From: a virus
Taxonomy: Duplodnaviria; Caudoviricetes
IMG/VR virus record: IMGVR_UViG_3300011164_000019
Coordinates: 10,641 to 74,640 of that record
Direction: 5' to 3' (one strand)
DNA length: 64,000 nt
How positions within the stretch are numbered: position 1 is the stretch's first letter; each line of letters starts with the position of its first letter. The notes below the pieces were generated by a model. That model had not been told where the DNA came from. It did not search any database and saw only the letters and a list, made by a program, of their open reading frames with translations. This document shows, piece by piece, positions 16,338 to 26,172 of this stretch. The translations under genes and the position numbers were made by a program.

Positions 16338-16424
16338 TTAGCGCTGAGGCAGGCTCAGGCAGAACCAGAAGGTGAAGGCGAATGCTGCGAGTGCAACGAA
16401 TGGGAGTACTTGAAGGGCTTGCAT
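16338..16424 (-). CDS. 28-aa hydrophobic early peptide
   Basis: MQALQVLPFVALAAFAFTFWFCLSLPQR; TAAGGA RBS. Confidence 0.6.
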   Translation of the reverse strand: MQALQVLPFVALAAFAFTFWFCLSLPQR

Positions 16425-16433
16425 GATATGTCC

Positions 16434-16616
16434 TTATTGAGCAGGTGCTTCGAGTGCAGCGAGCTGTTTCTCCATGGAGGCAAGCTCATGGTTCAGTTTG
16501 AGTTGGGATTGCTTGAGCATGTGCTCAGAGTGCAGTTCACCAACTGCGACTACGTTGTCGAGGGTGTTGAGGCCACGGGTGAGTAGGCCAAAGAACTTAG
16601 CGATTGCTGCGAACAT
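16434..16616 (-). CDS. First early gene, amphipathic/coiled-coil 60-aa protein
   Basis: GAGGA RBS; directly after the first hairpin promoter. Confidence 0.7.
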   Translation of the reverse strand: MFAAIAKFFGLLTRGLNTLDNVVAVGELHSEHMLKQSQLKLNHELASMEKQLAALEAPAQ

Positions 16617-16664
16617 AGGTGAATCCTCATGAGGTTAGGGTAAGTGCAGATGCGTCCATCCACA

Positions 16665-16685
16665 TCCATAGCTACGGCGAAGCCG
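16665..16685 (-). promoter_or_regulatory. vRNAP-type hairpin promoter, class I (P1-like)
   Basis: TCC-ATAGCTA-CGGC-GAA-GCCG. Confidence 0.8.
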
Positions 16686-16689
16686 GTGA

Positions 16690-16920
16690 AGTGGGGTAGG
16701 TAGTAGGGAAAAGGTAGAACGAAGCAATGGGGGGGGGGTGGTTTGGTAAATCGGGATCGAATCAGTCAGTACTAGGTTCGTACCCAAATTATAAAATTCG
16801 CCAAAATCCGAGGACCGATTTCGCCAATCAACTTTTCTTCCGTACACTTCTCCTCATTCCAATTTTGTCTTTAAGTTCCAACTCCATACTATGTTCACCC
16901 TATATGGTGAATAGGGGTTC
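16690..16920. other. Probable genome terminus / terminal-repeat region
   Basis: Non-coding gap between divergent early (minus) and terminase (plus) genes, containing a G10 tract at 16729-16738; matches N4-like gene order. Confidence 0.5.
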
Positions 16921-16924
16921 CTTC

Positions 16925-17617
16925 ATGTCCGCACTTACTCTTGAACAGTTCCAGCGTGCTCTTCCCGATAAGGTGAAGAAGTCCGTCAACCAGGAGTTGG
17001 TTGATTCGATCAACAAGACCATTGGCGATCCTGATCTGCATGAAGCCTATCGGGACAACTTGCTCAGCTATACCAAGGTCATGGCTGATGGTCGGTTCAA
17101 GATTCAGAACTACATCGATGCAGTGAAGTACGTCAGCCACAAGCTGTTGGGCTGTTCGAACATCGATGCGTACATGAAGACTTTCCCGGACAAGTACAAC
17201 CGCTTTGTTCAGCAGGGTGTAACGGCCAAGGACATTGCCAGTTACGTGACTGCGTACAACAAGTCCAAGTTGGTGAACCTGATCTTCGAACAAACACTGG
17301 TGCCGCACTATGTGCTGAACCAGGACTTGTATCAGAAGGCATTGAACGTCCAGGCCGAACTGATGGTGAGTGCCAATAGCGAGAAGGTTCGTTGTGATGC
17401 GGCCAACTCTCTGCTCACTCACCTGAAGATGCCGGAGACCCAGAAGGTCGAGCTGGAGATCGGCATGAAGGAGGACAGCTCCATCCAGGCTCTGCGTGAG
17501 ACCACCCTGGCTCTCGCTCGCCAGCAGAGGCTGATGCTGGAGGCCGGGGCCATGAATGCGCAGGAGGTGGCCCATAGCCGCCTGGCCATCGAAGTGGAAG
17601 GGGAGCGCCTGCAATGA
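16925..17617 (+). CDS. Putative terminase small subunit (N4 gp69-like)
   Basis: 230 aa; YIDAVKYVS...LVN...EKVRCDAANSLLTHLK pattern; upstream of the large terminase. Confidence 0.75.
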   Translation: MSALTLEQFQRALPDKVKKSVNQELVDSINKTIGDPDLHEAYRDNLLSYTKVMADGRFKIQNYIDAVKYVSHKLLGCSNIDAYMKTFPDKYNRFVQQGVTAKDIASYVTAYNKSKLVNLIFEQTLVPHYVLNQDLYQKALNVQAELMVSANSEKVRCDAANSLLTHLKMPETQKVELEIGMKEDSSIQALRETTLALARQQRLMLEAGAMNAQEVAHSRLAIEVEGERLQ

Positions 17618-17850
17618 CCGAGCAGATTGCTATTGCTTTGCTGGGGGTGTCGGCCATCTGGCTGAGTCAGGACACTTCCCTGGGGCGTAGGCGCTGGGCG
17701 TCGATTCTTGGTCTGCTGGGTCAGCCTTTCTGGTTCTACTCGTCCTACCAGGCCGAGCAGTGGGGCATCTTCCTGCTCTGCTTCTTCTACACGCTGGCGT
17801 GGGCCAAGGGCGTGCGTACCCACTGGTTCAGCAAGGCTGGTGCCGCATGA
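17614..17850 (+). CDS. Small multi-pass membrane protein (PnuC/SemiSWEET-like half transporter?)
   Basis: 78 aa with three hydrophobic segments, GQPFW and QWG motifs; ATGA-coupled on both sides. Confidence 0.7.
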   Translation: MTEQIAIALLGVSAIWLSQDTSLGRRRWASILGLLGQPFWFYSSYQAEQWGIFLLCFFYTLAWAKGVRTHWFSKAGAA

Positions 17851-19517
17851 CCATGAACAAGCTGGCTTCCGCTGTTGCCGGTGTGGTCATGGGCGTGACC
17901 GGGGCTGTTGCTGCCGATCCGGTGGCTGAGGCCCTGGCGCCCTGGAAGGTGGAGCAGTACCTGGCTGCCACTGACTACACTGTCGATCCGAGCTATGTGC
18001 CGAGCGACTTCGCCCTGGAGTTCGTGACCTTCATCAAGCTGGTGAACGGGGCGCAGGGCGAGGAGAACAAGACGCCCCTGGTGCATTACAAGATGCTCGA
18101 CACGCTGACCCAACGGGGCCGGCGCGTGATCAACCTGTGTCACCGGGGTATCGCCAAGACCACCGTGATGGGCGAGTACCTGTTCCTGTACATCGCCACC
18201 TATGGCGAGCTGCCCAACTTCGGGCGGGTGGACCTGGCCCTCTACGTGTCGGACTCGATCGAGAACGGCGTGAAGAACATGCGCAAGAACCTGGAGTTCC
18301 GCTGGGAGAACTCCGACTTCTTGAAGCAATACGTCCCCTCGATCCACTTCACTGACATTCGCTGGGAGTTCCGCAACGCGGACGGGAAGATCTTCATCGT
18401 CAAGGGCTACGGTGCCAAGACCGGCGTCCGGGGTGCGAAGGAGATGGGTAAGCGCCCCCAGCTGGCGGTGCTCGATGACCTGATCTCGGACGAAGATGCC
18501 CGGTCGGCGACGGTGATCGCAGCGGTAGAGGACACGGTGTACAAGGCGGTCAACTATGCCTTGCACCCGTCGAAGAACATCATCGTCTGGTCAGGTACAC
18601 CCTTCAACGCGAAGGACCCACTGTACAAGGCAGTGGAGTCGGGGGCGTGGGCGGTCAACGTGTTCCCGGTGTGCGAGCAGTTCCCCTGCTCGAAGGAAGA
18701 GTTCCGGGGCAGCTGGCCGGATCGCTTCACCTACGAGTACGTGAAGGAGCAGTACGAGAACGCGGTCAAGCTGGGGAAGGTGGACACCTTCAACCAGGAA
18801 CTGATGCTGCGGATCATGTCGGACGAGGACCGGCTGATCCAGGACCACGACATTGGCTGGTACAAGGTCGATGCCGTCCTGCGCAACATGGGCCGGTTCA
18901 ACTTCTACATCACCACCGACTTTGCCACCAGCGAGAAGCAGAAAAGTGACTACTCGGTTATCAGTGTATGGGCCTACAACAATGCCGGTGACTGGCTGTG
19001 GGTGGACGGGGTATGCAAAAGGCAAGACATGGCGATGAACGTCGATGATCTGTTCAGGCTGGGTCAGCGGTATCGACCTCAGCAGGTGGGCATCGAGGTG
19101 TCCGGTCAGCAGCAGGGCTTCGTCTCCTGGATTCAGGGCGAGATGCTGAATCGCAACATCTTCTTCCCGCTGGCTTCCGAAGGTAACGACTCCAAGCCGG
19201 GTATCCGTCCGAACACCAACAAGCTGGTCCGCTTCAACACCGTGGTGCCGTTGTTCAAGGCCCGCAAGATCTTCTTCCCGATTGAGAAGAAGAAGAGTGC
19301 CGAAATGGTCGAGGCCATGAACGAGCTGGAGCTGGCGACCCCTGGCGGCTTCAAGAGCAAGCACGACGACTTCATCGACACCATCTCCATGCTGGCTTCG
19401 CTGCATGCGTGGAAGCCTTCCGAGGAAGCAGGCATGTACCAGAACGAAAGCTCGGGTATGTGGGAAGCAGACGACGAAGACCAGTACAACGACCGCATGT
19501 CTTCCTACATTGTCTGA
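17847..19517 (+). CDS. terL: Terminase large subunit (N4 gp68-like)
   Basis: HRGIAKTT Walker A-like, VLDDL Walker B, TDFA and HDDFID nuclease residues. Confidence 0.93.
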   Translation: MTMNKLASAVAGVVMGVTGAVAADPVAEALAPWKVEQYLAATDYTVDPSYVPSDFALEFVTFIKLVNGAQGEENKTPLVHYKMLDTLTQRGRRVINLCHRGIAKTTVMGEYLFLYIATYGELPNFGRVDLALYVSDSIENGVKNMRKNLEFRWENSDFLKQYVPSIHFTDIRWEFRNADGKIFIVKGYGAKTGVRGAKEMGKRPQLAVLDDLISDEDARSATVIAAVEDTVYKAVNYALHPSKNIIVWSGTPFNAKDPLYKAVESGAWAVNVFPVCEQFPCSKEEFRGSWPDRFTYEYVKEQYENAVKLGKVDTFNQELMLRIMSDEDRLIQDHDIGWYKVDAVLRNMGRFNFYITTDFATSEKQKSDYSVISVWAYNNAGDWLWVDGVCKRQDMAMNVDDLFRLGQRYRPQQVGIEVSGQQQGFVSWIQGEMLNRNIFFPLASEGNDSKPGIRPNTNKLVRFNTVVPLFKARKIFFPIEKKKSAEMVEAMNELELATPGGFKSKHDDFIDTISMLASLHAWKPSEEAGMYQNESSGMWEADDEDQYNDRMSSYIV

Positions 19518-19526
19518 GGAATCCCT

Positions 19527-20249
19527 ATGAAACTGAGCGAGATCTTCCAAGCCCTGACCTACGGCGAGCTTCGCCAGCTGAACATCGGCGGTGCCGAGGC
19601 CAGTGGCATCACCAAGGAAAACCAGAACGAGATCCTGACCCATGTGAACCTGGGCCTGACCGAACTGCACAAACGGTTCCTGCTGCGCGAGGGCCGGGTG
19701 ACCCTGCAGCTGCTGCCAGGCGTGCGGACCTACACAGTCAGCAAGAAGCACGCCCAGAGCAACCGGGAGTCGTGGGGCGTCGAGAAGTACATACTGGATT
19801 CCATGGCTCAGCCCTTCGAGGACGATCTGCTGAAGATCGAACGGGTGTACGACGCCAAGGGCCAGGAGCTGGGACTGAATGCCGGTGAGGGCTACGGCCA
19901 CCCACTCAACGTGCGAACCGTCAGCATGAACACGCTGGTACTGCCGGAGCTGTTGAAGGGTGACACAGTGGACGTGGTGTACCGGGCGAACCATCCTCAA
20001 CTCATCCGCGAGGACAACTCGTTCGACCCGACCGAGATCGAGGTGGATCTGCCGTACAGCCACCTGGAGGCGTTGCTGTTCTACGTGGCCAGCCGGGTGA
20101 TGAACCCGATCGGTGCCGGTGGCGGATTCCACGAGGGGAACAACTACGCCGCGAAATTCGAGGCAGCCTGTGCGCTGCTGGATAACCAGGGGCTTCGCCT
20201 GGATGTGGGGGAGGGCAACACGCGGTTGCAGCGTAACGGCTGGGTGTAA
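19527..20249 (+). CDS. Virion structural/adaptor protein (N4 gp67-like)
   Basis: 240 aa; NLGLTELHKRF and LLFYVASR; position after terL. Confidence 0.8.
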   Translation: MKLSEIFQALTYGELRQLNIGGAEASGITKENQNEILTHVNLGLTELHKRFLLREGRVTLQLLPGVRTYTVSKKHAQSNRESWGVEKYILDSMAQPFEDDLLKIERVYDAKGQELGLNAGEGYGHPLNVRTVSMNTLVLPELLKGDTVDVVYRANHPQLIREDNSFDPTEIEVDLPYSHLEALLFYVASRVMNPIGAGGGFHEGNNYAAKFEAACALLDNQGLRLDVGEGNTRLQRNGWV

Positions 20250-20250
20250 A

Positions 20251-20280
20251 AGAAAAGGCCCCTTGATTGGGGCCTTGTTC
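20251..20280. terminator. Terminator between convergent genes
   Basis: AAGGCCCC-N6-GGGGCCTT with an A tract on the left. Confidence 0.75.
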
Positions 20281-20332
20281 TGTCAGTAGTCCTCTCATCC
20301 ATCGGAGAGGCTTTCACCAAAGCCTACTTCTT

Positions 20333-20665
20333 TCATGCTGGGTCCCATTGCTCTTCCTGCTGACGCAGGGCGTACAGCTTGTTGAGGATGGCTTCCAGGC
20401 TCTCGATGGCGTCATCGGTGCTCAGGAACTCAGTGTCGAACATGGCCGCACTGTAGTTTCGGGATGGGTCAGCCATGAGGAACACAGCACGCCGGGGATC
20501 GGCGTACTGCTCGTGGGCTTCGGTCAACATGACCATTGCATGTTCAACGATGTTGCTGACGACTGGACACTTCCGTGGGTCATAGGGCTGGGCATCCGTG
20601 CCTAGGGTAGTCCGCTCTTTGAGGACTTTGCGTCTGAAGTCCACACGGAAGAGTTCACACGTCAT
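20333..20665 (-). CDS. Hypothetical protein
   Basis: 110 aa from ATG 20665 with a GAGG RBS. Confidence 0.7.
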   Translation of the reverse strand: MTCELFRVDFRRKVLKERTTLGTDAQPYDPRKCPVVSNIVEHAMVMLTEAHEQYADPRRAVFLMADPSRNYSAAMFDTEFLSTDDAIESLEAILNKLYALRQQEEQWDPA

Positions 20666-20673
20666 CTCGCACC

Positions 20674-21102
20674 TCACTTACCGGTAGAGCCAAGGCCACC
20701 GGTGCCACGGGAAGTTTCGGACAGTTCGTCCACAACATTGAATTCAACTTGCGTCACCGGAACGATCAGCATCTGGATAAGACGAGCGTGGGTATCCCAG
20801 GCAAATGGAGCAGCGTTCTTGGATCTCAGGGTTGCAAACCAAGGCCCTCGATAATCAGCATCAATCACCCCACAGGTATTGTTGAGTTCCACTCCCATCT
20901 TGCTGCCAACACCGGAACGAGGAAGAAGGAGTGCAACGTGTCCAGCTGGAATTTCTGCAGCAAAACCTAGGTTGACCTTTACTTCTTCATTTAGACCTCC
21001 TTTGTAATAACCAGCTTCAGGCATGTAGAGGTCATAAGCGCCCGCTTGATCAGTTCCCTTGGTTGGAACTTTGAAGTTGGGGTGCAGAGGTTGGATATTC
21101 AT
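20674..21102 (-). CDS. dut: Trimeric dUTPase
   Basis: AGAYDL, PRSG, GVIDADYRG, RLIQM, RGTGGLGSTG motifs. Confidence 0.95.
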   Translation of the reverse strand: MNIQPLHPNFKVPTKGTDQAGAYDLYMPEAGYYKGGLNEEVKVNLGFAAEIPAGHVALLLPRSGVGSKMGVELNNTCGVIDADYRGPWFATLRSKNAAPFAWDTHARLIQMLIVPVTQVEFNVVDELSETSRGTGGLGSTGK

Positions 21103-21167
21103 TTCAGGTACTCCAGTAGTTTGTTGTTAAGATGCCGGCATTGTATCTACCACCCTCGGGATTTGAT

Positions 21168-23312
21168 ATGGCCGACAATTTGGTGGCAGCAACTGCCACA
21201 GTTAAAAAGCTCACGAAGTGGGCCAAAGAACCTTCTATCCTTGATTTGAAGCAGGACTATCAGGAAGCCAAGAGCTACCACGACGCCAAGACTTCCCAGA
21301 TCAGCGAATGGCTGGATAACTTGAATGTTACCGGCAAGGCTCAGGTCAAGACTCCGGAAGGCAGTTCCAGGATTGTTCCCAAGCTCATTCGCAAACAAGC
21401 CGAGTGGCGGTATCCCGCACTCAGCGAGCCTTTCCTAAGTACCGACGATGTGTTCAGTGTTCGTCCGGTAAGTTGGGAAGACAAGAAGGCTGCACAACAG
21501 AATCAGTTGATTCTGAACAACCAGTTCAATACGCGGATCGACAAGGTTTCCTTTGTCGACGAATACGTGCGGGCTGCAGTTGACGAAGGCACCGTTATTC
21601 TCCGAACCGGCTGGGCCTTCGAAGAAGAGGAGTACACCGCGATCGTTCCGGACGTGGAGTATGTCTTCAACGACCAGGCTGCACCGATGATGCAACATCT
21701 GGATCAGATGGCACAGGAAGCCCCTGATCAGTATGAGCAAGAAGTTGAGCCTGAATTGAAACAGGCCCATCAGTTGTATCAACAACATGGGCGTCCTGTT
21801 GAAGCACTGGTGAAAGGGCACAAGCCAGTCAAGAAGACTCGGGTAATCAAGAACCATCCGACTGTCGAAGTGTGCGACTACCGCAACGTCATGATCGACC
21901 CAACCTGTCAGGGCGATATCGACAAGGCGAGCTTCGTCATCTACTCGTTTGAATCTTCCCTGGCTCAGTTGAAGAAAGAAGGCGATCGGTACAAGAACCT
22001 GGACCAGATCAACGTCACCGCCAACTCGATCCTCGGGGAACCCGACCATGCACCGGCCAACGAACACTCAAAGAATTTCAACTTCAGTGACGAAGCCCGT
22101 AAGAAGTTTGTTGTATATGAGTATTGGGGATTTTGGGATATTGATGGTTCTGGGGTTGTACGTCCTATCGTGGCTTCTTGGGTAGGCGATACCCTCATCC
22201 GAATGGAAGACAATCCGTTCCCGGATCAGAAACTTCCCTTCGTTGTGGTTCCGTATTTGCCGGTGCGCAAGAGTATCTACGGTGAACCGGATGGCTCACT
22301 GCTGGAAGATAACCAGAAGATCATCGGTGCCGTCACTCGCGGGATGATCGACATTCTCGGCAAGAGTGCCAACGGTCAGACCGGCATGCGCAAGGACATG
22401 CTCGATGTAACCAACCGTCGCAAGTATGAGAAGGGTCAGGACTACGAGTTCAATGCCAGCGTAGATCCTCGCCAGGGTGTGTTCATGCACACCTTCCCGG
22501 AGATCCCGGCCAGTGCCCAGTTCATGCTCCAGCTGCAGAACTTCGAGGCTGAGTCCCTGACTGGGGTGAAGGCATTCAACCAGGGGATCTCAGGTGCATC
22601 GCTGGGTGAAGTGGCAGCTGGTATCCGAGGAGCCTTGGATGCTGCCTCCAAGCGTGAGCTGGCGATCCTGCGTCGACTGGCCAACGGCATGATCAAGGTG
22701 GCCCGCAAGTTCATTTCGATGAACGCCGTCTGGCTCTCGGAGCAGGAGGTGGTGCGGATCACCGAGGAAGATTTCGTCGAGATCCGACGTGATGACCTGG
22801 CTGGCAACTTCGACCTGCGTCTGAACATCACCACGGCTGAGGACGACAACGCCAAGGCACAGGAACTGGCCTTCATGCTGCAGACCATGGGCAACAACAT
22901 GGACCCTGCGATGAGCCGAATGATCCTGGCCGACATTGCTCGCCTGCGGAAGATGCCTGACCTGGCCAAGCAGATCGAGGAGTACCAGCCTCAACCTGAC
23001 CCAATTCAGCAGCGTATTCAGGAACTTGAACTGGCGAAGTTGGAAGCCGAGGTCATGGAACTTCAGGCCAAGGCCATGAAGTTGCAGGCGGACGCTCAAC
23101 TGGCTGATGCCAAGATCGGAACGGAAGGGGCCAAGACTGCCAACTTGAATAGTGATACCGACCAGAAGAACCTGGACTTTGTTGAGCAAGAGTCCGGTGT
23201 AAAACAGGAACGGGATCTACAGAAACAAGGTGAACAGGCCAGAGCACAGTTGCAATTGAAGGTGGTGGATAACCACATGAAAGAGCGACAGAAGAAGGCA
23301 CAGGCAAAGTAA
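21168..23312 (+). CDS. Portal protein (N4 gp59-like)
   Basis: About 714 aa; KLIRKQAEWRYPALSEPF, GILRRLA-like ELAILRRLA, KAQELAFMLQT. Confidence 0.92.
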   Translation: MADNLVAATATVKKLTKWAKEPSILDLKQDYQEAKSYHDAKTSQISEWLDNLNVTGKAQVKTPEGSSRIVPKLIRKQAEWRYPALSEPFLSTDDVFSVRPVSWEDKKAAQQNQLILNNQFNTRIDKVSFVDEYVRAAVDEGTVILRTGWAFEEEEYTAIVPDVEYVFNDQAAPMMQHLDQMAQEAPDQYEQEVEPELKQAHQLYQQHGRPVEALVKGHKPVKKTRVIKNHPTVEVCDYRNVMIDPTCQGDIDKASFVIYSFESSLAQLKKEGDRYKNLDQINVTANSILGEPDHAPANEHSKNFNFSDEARKKFVVYEYWGFWDIDGSGVVRPIVASWVGDTLIRMEDNPFPDQKLPFVVVPYLPVRKSIYGEPDGSLLEDNQKIIGAVTRGMIDILGKSANGQTGMRKDMLDVTNRRKYEKGQDYEFNASVDPRQGVFMHTFPEIPASAQFMLQLQNFEAESLTGVKAFNQGISGASLGEVAAGIRGALDAASKRELAILRRLANGMIKVARKFISMNAVWLSEQEVVRITEEDFVEIRRDDLAGNFDLRLNITTAEDDNAKAQELAFMLQTMGNNMDPAMSRMILADIARLRKMPDLAKQIEEYQPQPDPIQQRIQELELAKLEAEVMELQAKAMKLQADAQLADAKIGTEGAKTANLNSDTDQKNLDFVEQESGVKQERDLQKQGEQARAQLQLKVVDNHMKERQKKAQAK

Positions 23313-23320
23313 TAGTTGAT

Positions 23321-23350
23321 AAGGCACCACACTCGTGGTGCCTTTCTATT
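23321..23350 (+). terminator. Intrinsic terminator after the portal gene
   Basis: AAGGCACCAC-ACTC-GTGGTGCCTT-TCTATT. Confidence 0.8.
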
Positions 23351-23411
23351 TGATTTGTATTATGTTCCGCACCGTTTAATCCCTATTAACTACTACAGCA
23401 CTGGTAGAGAT

Positions 23412-23756
23412 ATGTCCCTAAGTCACATTGAACAACTCGACGCGGCCATCCACGCCAATCGAAAAACCGTAGAGCGTGGTAAAGCACTGGCCCGTCTGTT
23501 GGTTAACAAGGACTTCAAGGAAGTAATCAAGGACGGCTACTTCGAGAAAGAAGCCATTCGTCTTGTGCATCTTCGGTCTGACCCGAACATGCAAACTCCT
23601 GAGAAACAGGACTCCATCATCAAACAGATGGACGCCATTGCTGCGCTGAGTGAGTACTTGCGTGTGCAAGAACATCTCTGCGAACAAGCCGCCAAACAAC
23701 TCGAAGCGGACGAAGAGTTCCGCGCCGAACTCGCTCAAGAGGAAGTTGAAGTATGA
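23412..23756 (+). CDS. N4 gp58-like hypothetical protein
   Basis: 114 aa, coiled-coil; conserved position after portal. Confidence 0.75.
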   Translation: MSLSHIEQLDAAIHANRKTVERGKALARLLVNKDFKEVIKDGYFEKEAIRLVHLRSDPNMQTPEKQDSIIKQMDAIAALSEYLRVQEHLCEQAAKQLEADEEFRAELAQEEVEV

Positions 23757-24925
23757 GTGTTGTCGATCAAGTGAAAGACGAAGACCTGGACCTCGACCAG
23801 GAACAAGAGCAGGAAGAGCTGAACTCCGACGTTCTCGATATGAGCGACGAAGAGTTCGCCAAGCTGGATCTGAGCGCTGTTGCCCAGCCCCAAGCTCCGG
23901 TGGAAGAACCGGCTGCTGCTCCTGTTACCGAGGAAGAAGAAGATGACCAGGGCACTGAACAAGAAGCCAAGCCTGAACCGGACACCAAGACCGACGAAGA
24001 AGAGCCGGTCAGCGGCAAGGAACCCGAAGTTCCTGCAGACAAGCCAGAAGAAACCAAGGACAAACCGGCATCAGATGAACCGGTACAACCGGTCGATCAC
24101 AAAGCAATCGTCGATAAGCTATTCGCTCCATTCAAGGCGAACGGCAAAGAGATGGCAGTCGATAATGTCGACGATGCAGTTGCTCTTATGCAGATGGGCG
24201 CCAATTACAATAAGAAGATGGCTGCTCTGAAACCCAATTTGAAATTGCTCAAACTTCTGGAGAACAATAATCTCCTGAGTGAAGAGAAACTTAGCTTTCT
24301 GATTGATCTGGACAAGAAGAACCCAGCCGCAATCAGTAAGTTGCTCAAGGACAGTGGTATTGATCCACTGGATGTAGACGTAGAGAAAGCGAACGAGTAC
24401 GCACCCAAACCTTACACTGTTGATGAGCGTGAGATTGAACTGGACACGGTGCTGGAAGAAATCCAGGACACACCGGTGTATGCCAAGACAGTCAACGTCG
24501 TTAGCAACAAGTGGGATGCTGCCAGTAAACAAGTGATTGCGGACACTCCCCAACTGCTCCGCGTTATTAACGACCACATGGCCAGTGGCGTTTTTGACGT
24601 GATCAGCAGCGAGATTGAACGCGAACGCATGTTTGGACGCTTGAAAGGTTTGTCGGATATTGAGGCCTATCGCCAAGTTGGTGACAGCATCCAAGCTCGT
24701 AATGGTTTCGCCCACTTGTTCAAACAACAAGCACCGGTCGAACCAGCACCAGTGAAAGAGCCAGTCCCAGTTGTAGAGAAAGCCCCGGAACCCGACCTAC
24801 GTGACAAGAAGCGAGCTGCCAGCTCACCGAAACCAGCGGCTCCAGTCGCCAAGCAGCCTGAGTTCAATCCTCTGGCTCTCAGCGATGAAGAGTTCGCCAA
24901 GTTGGTTAATCCCAAATTCATGTAA
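23753..24925 (+). CDS. Acidic scaffolding-like protein (N4 gp57-like)
   Basis: 390 aa, E/P-rich N-terminus, LMQMGANY; directly before the capsid gene. Confidence 0.8.
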   Translation: MSVVDQVKDEDLDLDQEQEQEELNSDVLDMSDEEFAKLDLSAVAQPQAPVEEPAAAPVTEEEEDDQGTEQEAKPEPDTKTDEEEPVSGKEPEVPADKPEETKDKPASDEPVQPVDHKAIVDKLFAPFKANGKEMAVDNVDDAVALMQMGANYNKKMAALKPNLKLLKLLENNNLLSEEKLSFLIDLDKKNPAAISKLLKDSGIDPLDVDVEKANEYAPKPYTVDEREIELDTVLEEIQDTPVYAKTVNVVSNKWDAASKQVIADTPQLLRVINDHMASGVFDVISSEIERERMFGRLKGLSDIEAYRQVGDSIQARNGFAHLFKQQAPVEPAPVKEPVPVVEKAPEPDLRDKKRAASSPKPAAPVAKQPEFNPLALSDEEFAKLVNPKFM

Positions 24926-24940
24926 CGACGAGGTGTTCTT

Positions 24941-26113
24941 ATGGGTATGCAATACAACGATCCGGCAGGTGGTACTCCTTCCTCGGTCGGTAACCAGTTC
25001 AACACGTTCCACTACATCAAGCAGGCGCTGATCGAAGCTCGTAAAGAGCAGTACTTCAGCCAGCTCGCTGATACCACTTCGATGCCCAAGAACATGGGCA
25101 AGAAGATCAAGCGTTACCACTACATCCCGCTGCTGGATGACGCGAACATCAACGACCAGGGCATCGATGCTGCTGGCGTGACCATCGCCAACGGTAACCT
25201 GTACGGTTCCAGCAAGGACGTGGGCACCATCACCGACAAGCTGCCTGTGCTCTCCGAGACCGGTGGCCGCGTGAACCGTGTCGGCTTCAAGCGCAAGGAA
25301 CTCGAAGGTTCGTTCGAGAAGTTCGGCTTCTTCGACGAATACACCCAGGAATCCCTGGACTTCGATACCGACGCCGAGCTGCTGCAGCACATCAACCGCG
25401 AGATGCTCAACGGTGCCAACGAGATCACCGAAGACGCTCTGCAGATCGACCTGCTGAACTCGGCTGGCGTGATCCGCTATGCCGGTGGTGCGACCCAGAA
25501 CAGCGAGATCGACGGCACCGATCTGGTTGAGTTCGGCGATCTGATGCGTCTGTCGATCGACCTGGACAACAACCGTACGCCGAAGCACACCAAGATGATC
25601 ACCGGTACTCGCATGGTCGATACCGCCACCATCCAGGGTGCTCGTGTCCTGTACTGCGGCTCCGAGCTGATCCCGACCCTCAAGGGCATGAAGGATCTGC
25701 ACGGCAACCCGGCGTTCATCTCCATCGAGAAGTACGCAGCTGGTGGCCAGACCCTGACTGGCGAGATCGGCACCATCGATCAGTTCCGCATCGTCATCGT
25801 GCCGGAAATGCTGAAGTGGGCTGGTGCAGGTGCTGATATCGCAGTGGGTGACGCTTCCCACTACGAGACGGGCGGCAAGTACGACGTGTTCCCGATGCTG
25901 GTCATCGGTAGTGAGTCCTTCACCACCATCGGCTTCCAAACCGATGGCAAGAGCGTGAAGTTCAAGATCTACCACAAGAAGCCGGGTGAGCAGACCGCTG
26001 ACCGCAACGACCCGTACGGCGAGACCGGCTTCATGTCGATCAAGTGGTACTACGGCTTCATGGTCCTGCGTCCGGAGCGTATCGGTCTGATCAAGACCGC
26101 CGCGAAGATCTAA
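24941..26113 (+). CDS. Major capsid protein (N4 gp56-like)
   Basis: 390 aa; [47 protein letters not shown]; strong codon bias. Confidence 0.95.
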   Translation: MGMQYNDPAGGTPSSVGNQFNTFHYIKQALIEARKEQYFSQLADTTSMPKNMGKKIKRYHYIPLLDDANINDQGIDAAGVTIANGNLYGSSKDVGTITDKLPVLSETGGRVNRVGFKRKELEGSFEKFGFFDEYTQESLDFDTDAELLQHINREMLNGANEITEDALQIDLLNSAGVIRYAGGATQNSEIDGTDLVEFGDLMRLSIDLDNNRTPKHTKMITGTRMVDTATIQGARVLYCGSELIPTLKGMKDLHGNPAFISIEKYAAGGQTLTGEIGTIDQFRIVIVPEMLKWAGAGADIAVGDASHYETGGKYDVFPMLVIGSESFTTIGFQTDGKSVKFKIYHKKPGEQTADRNDPYGETGFMSIKWYYGFMVLRPERIGLIKTAAKI

Positions 26114-26172
26114 CCACTGCGGTAACCCAGGGGGCAGGCAACTGCCCCCACTTCTTCTGCTGGAGTTAAGCA

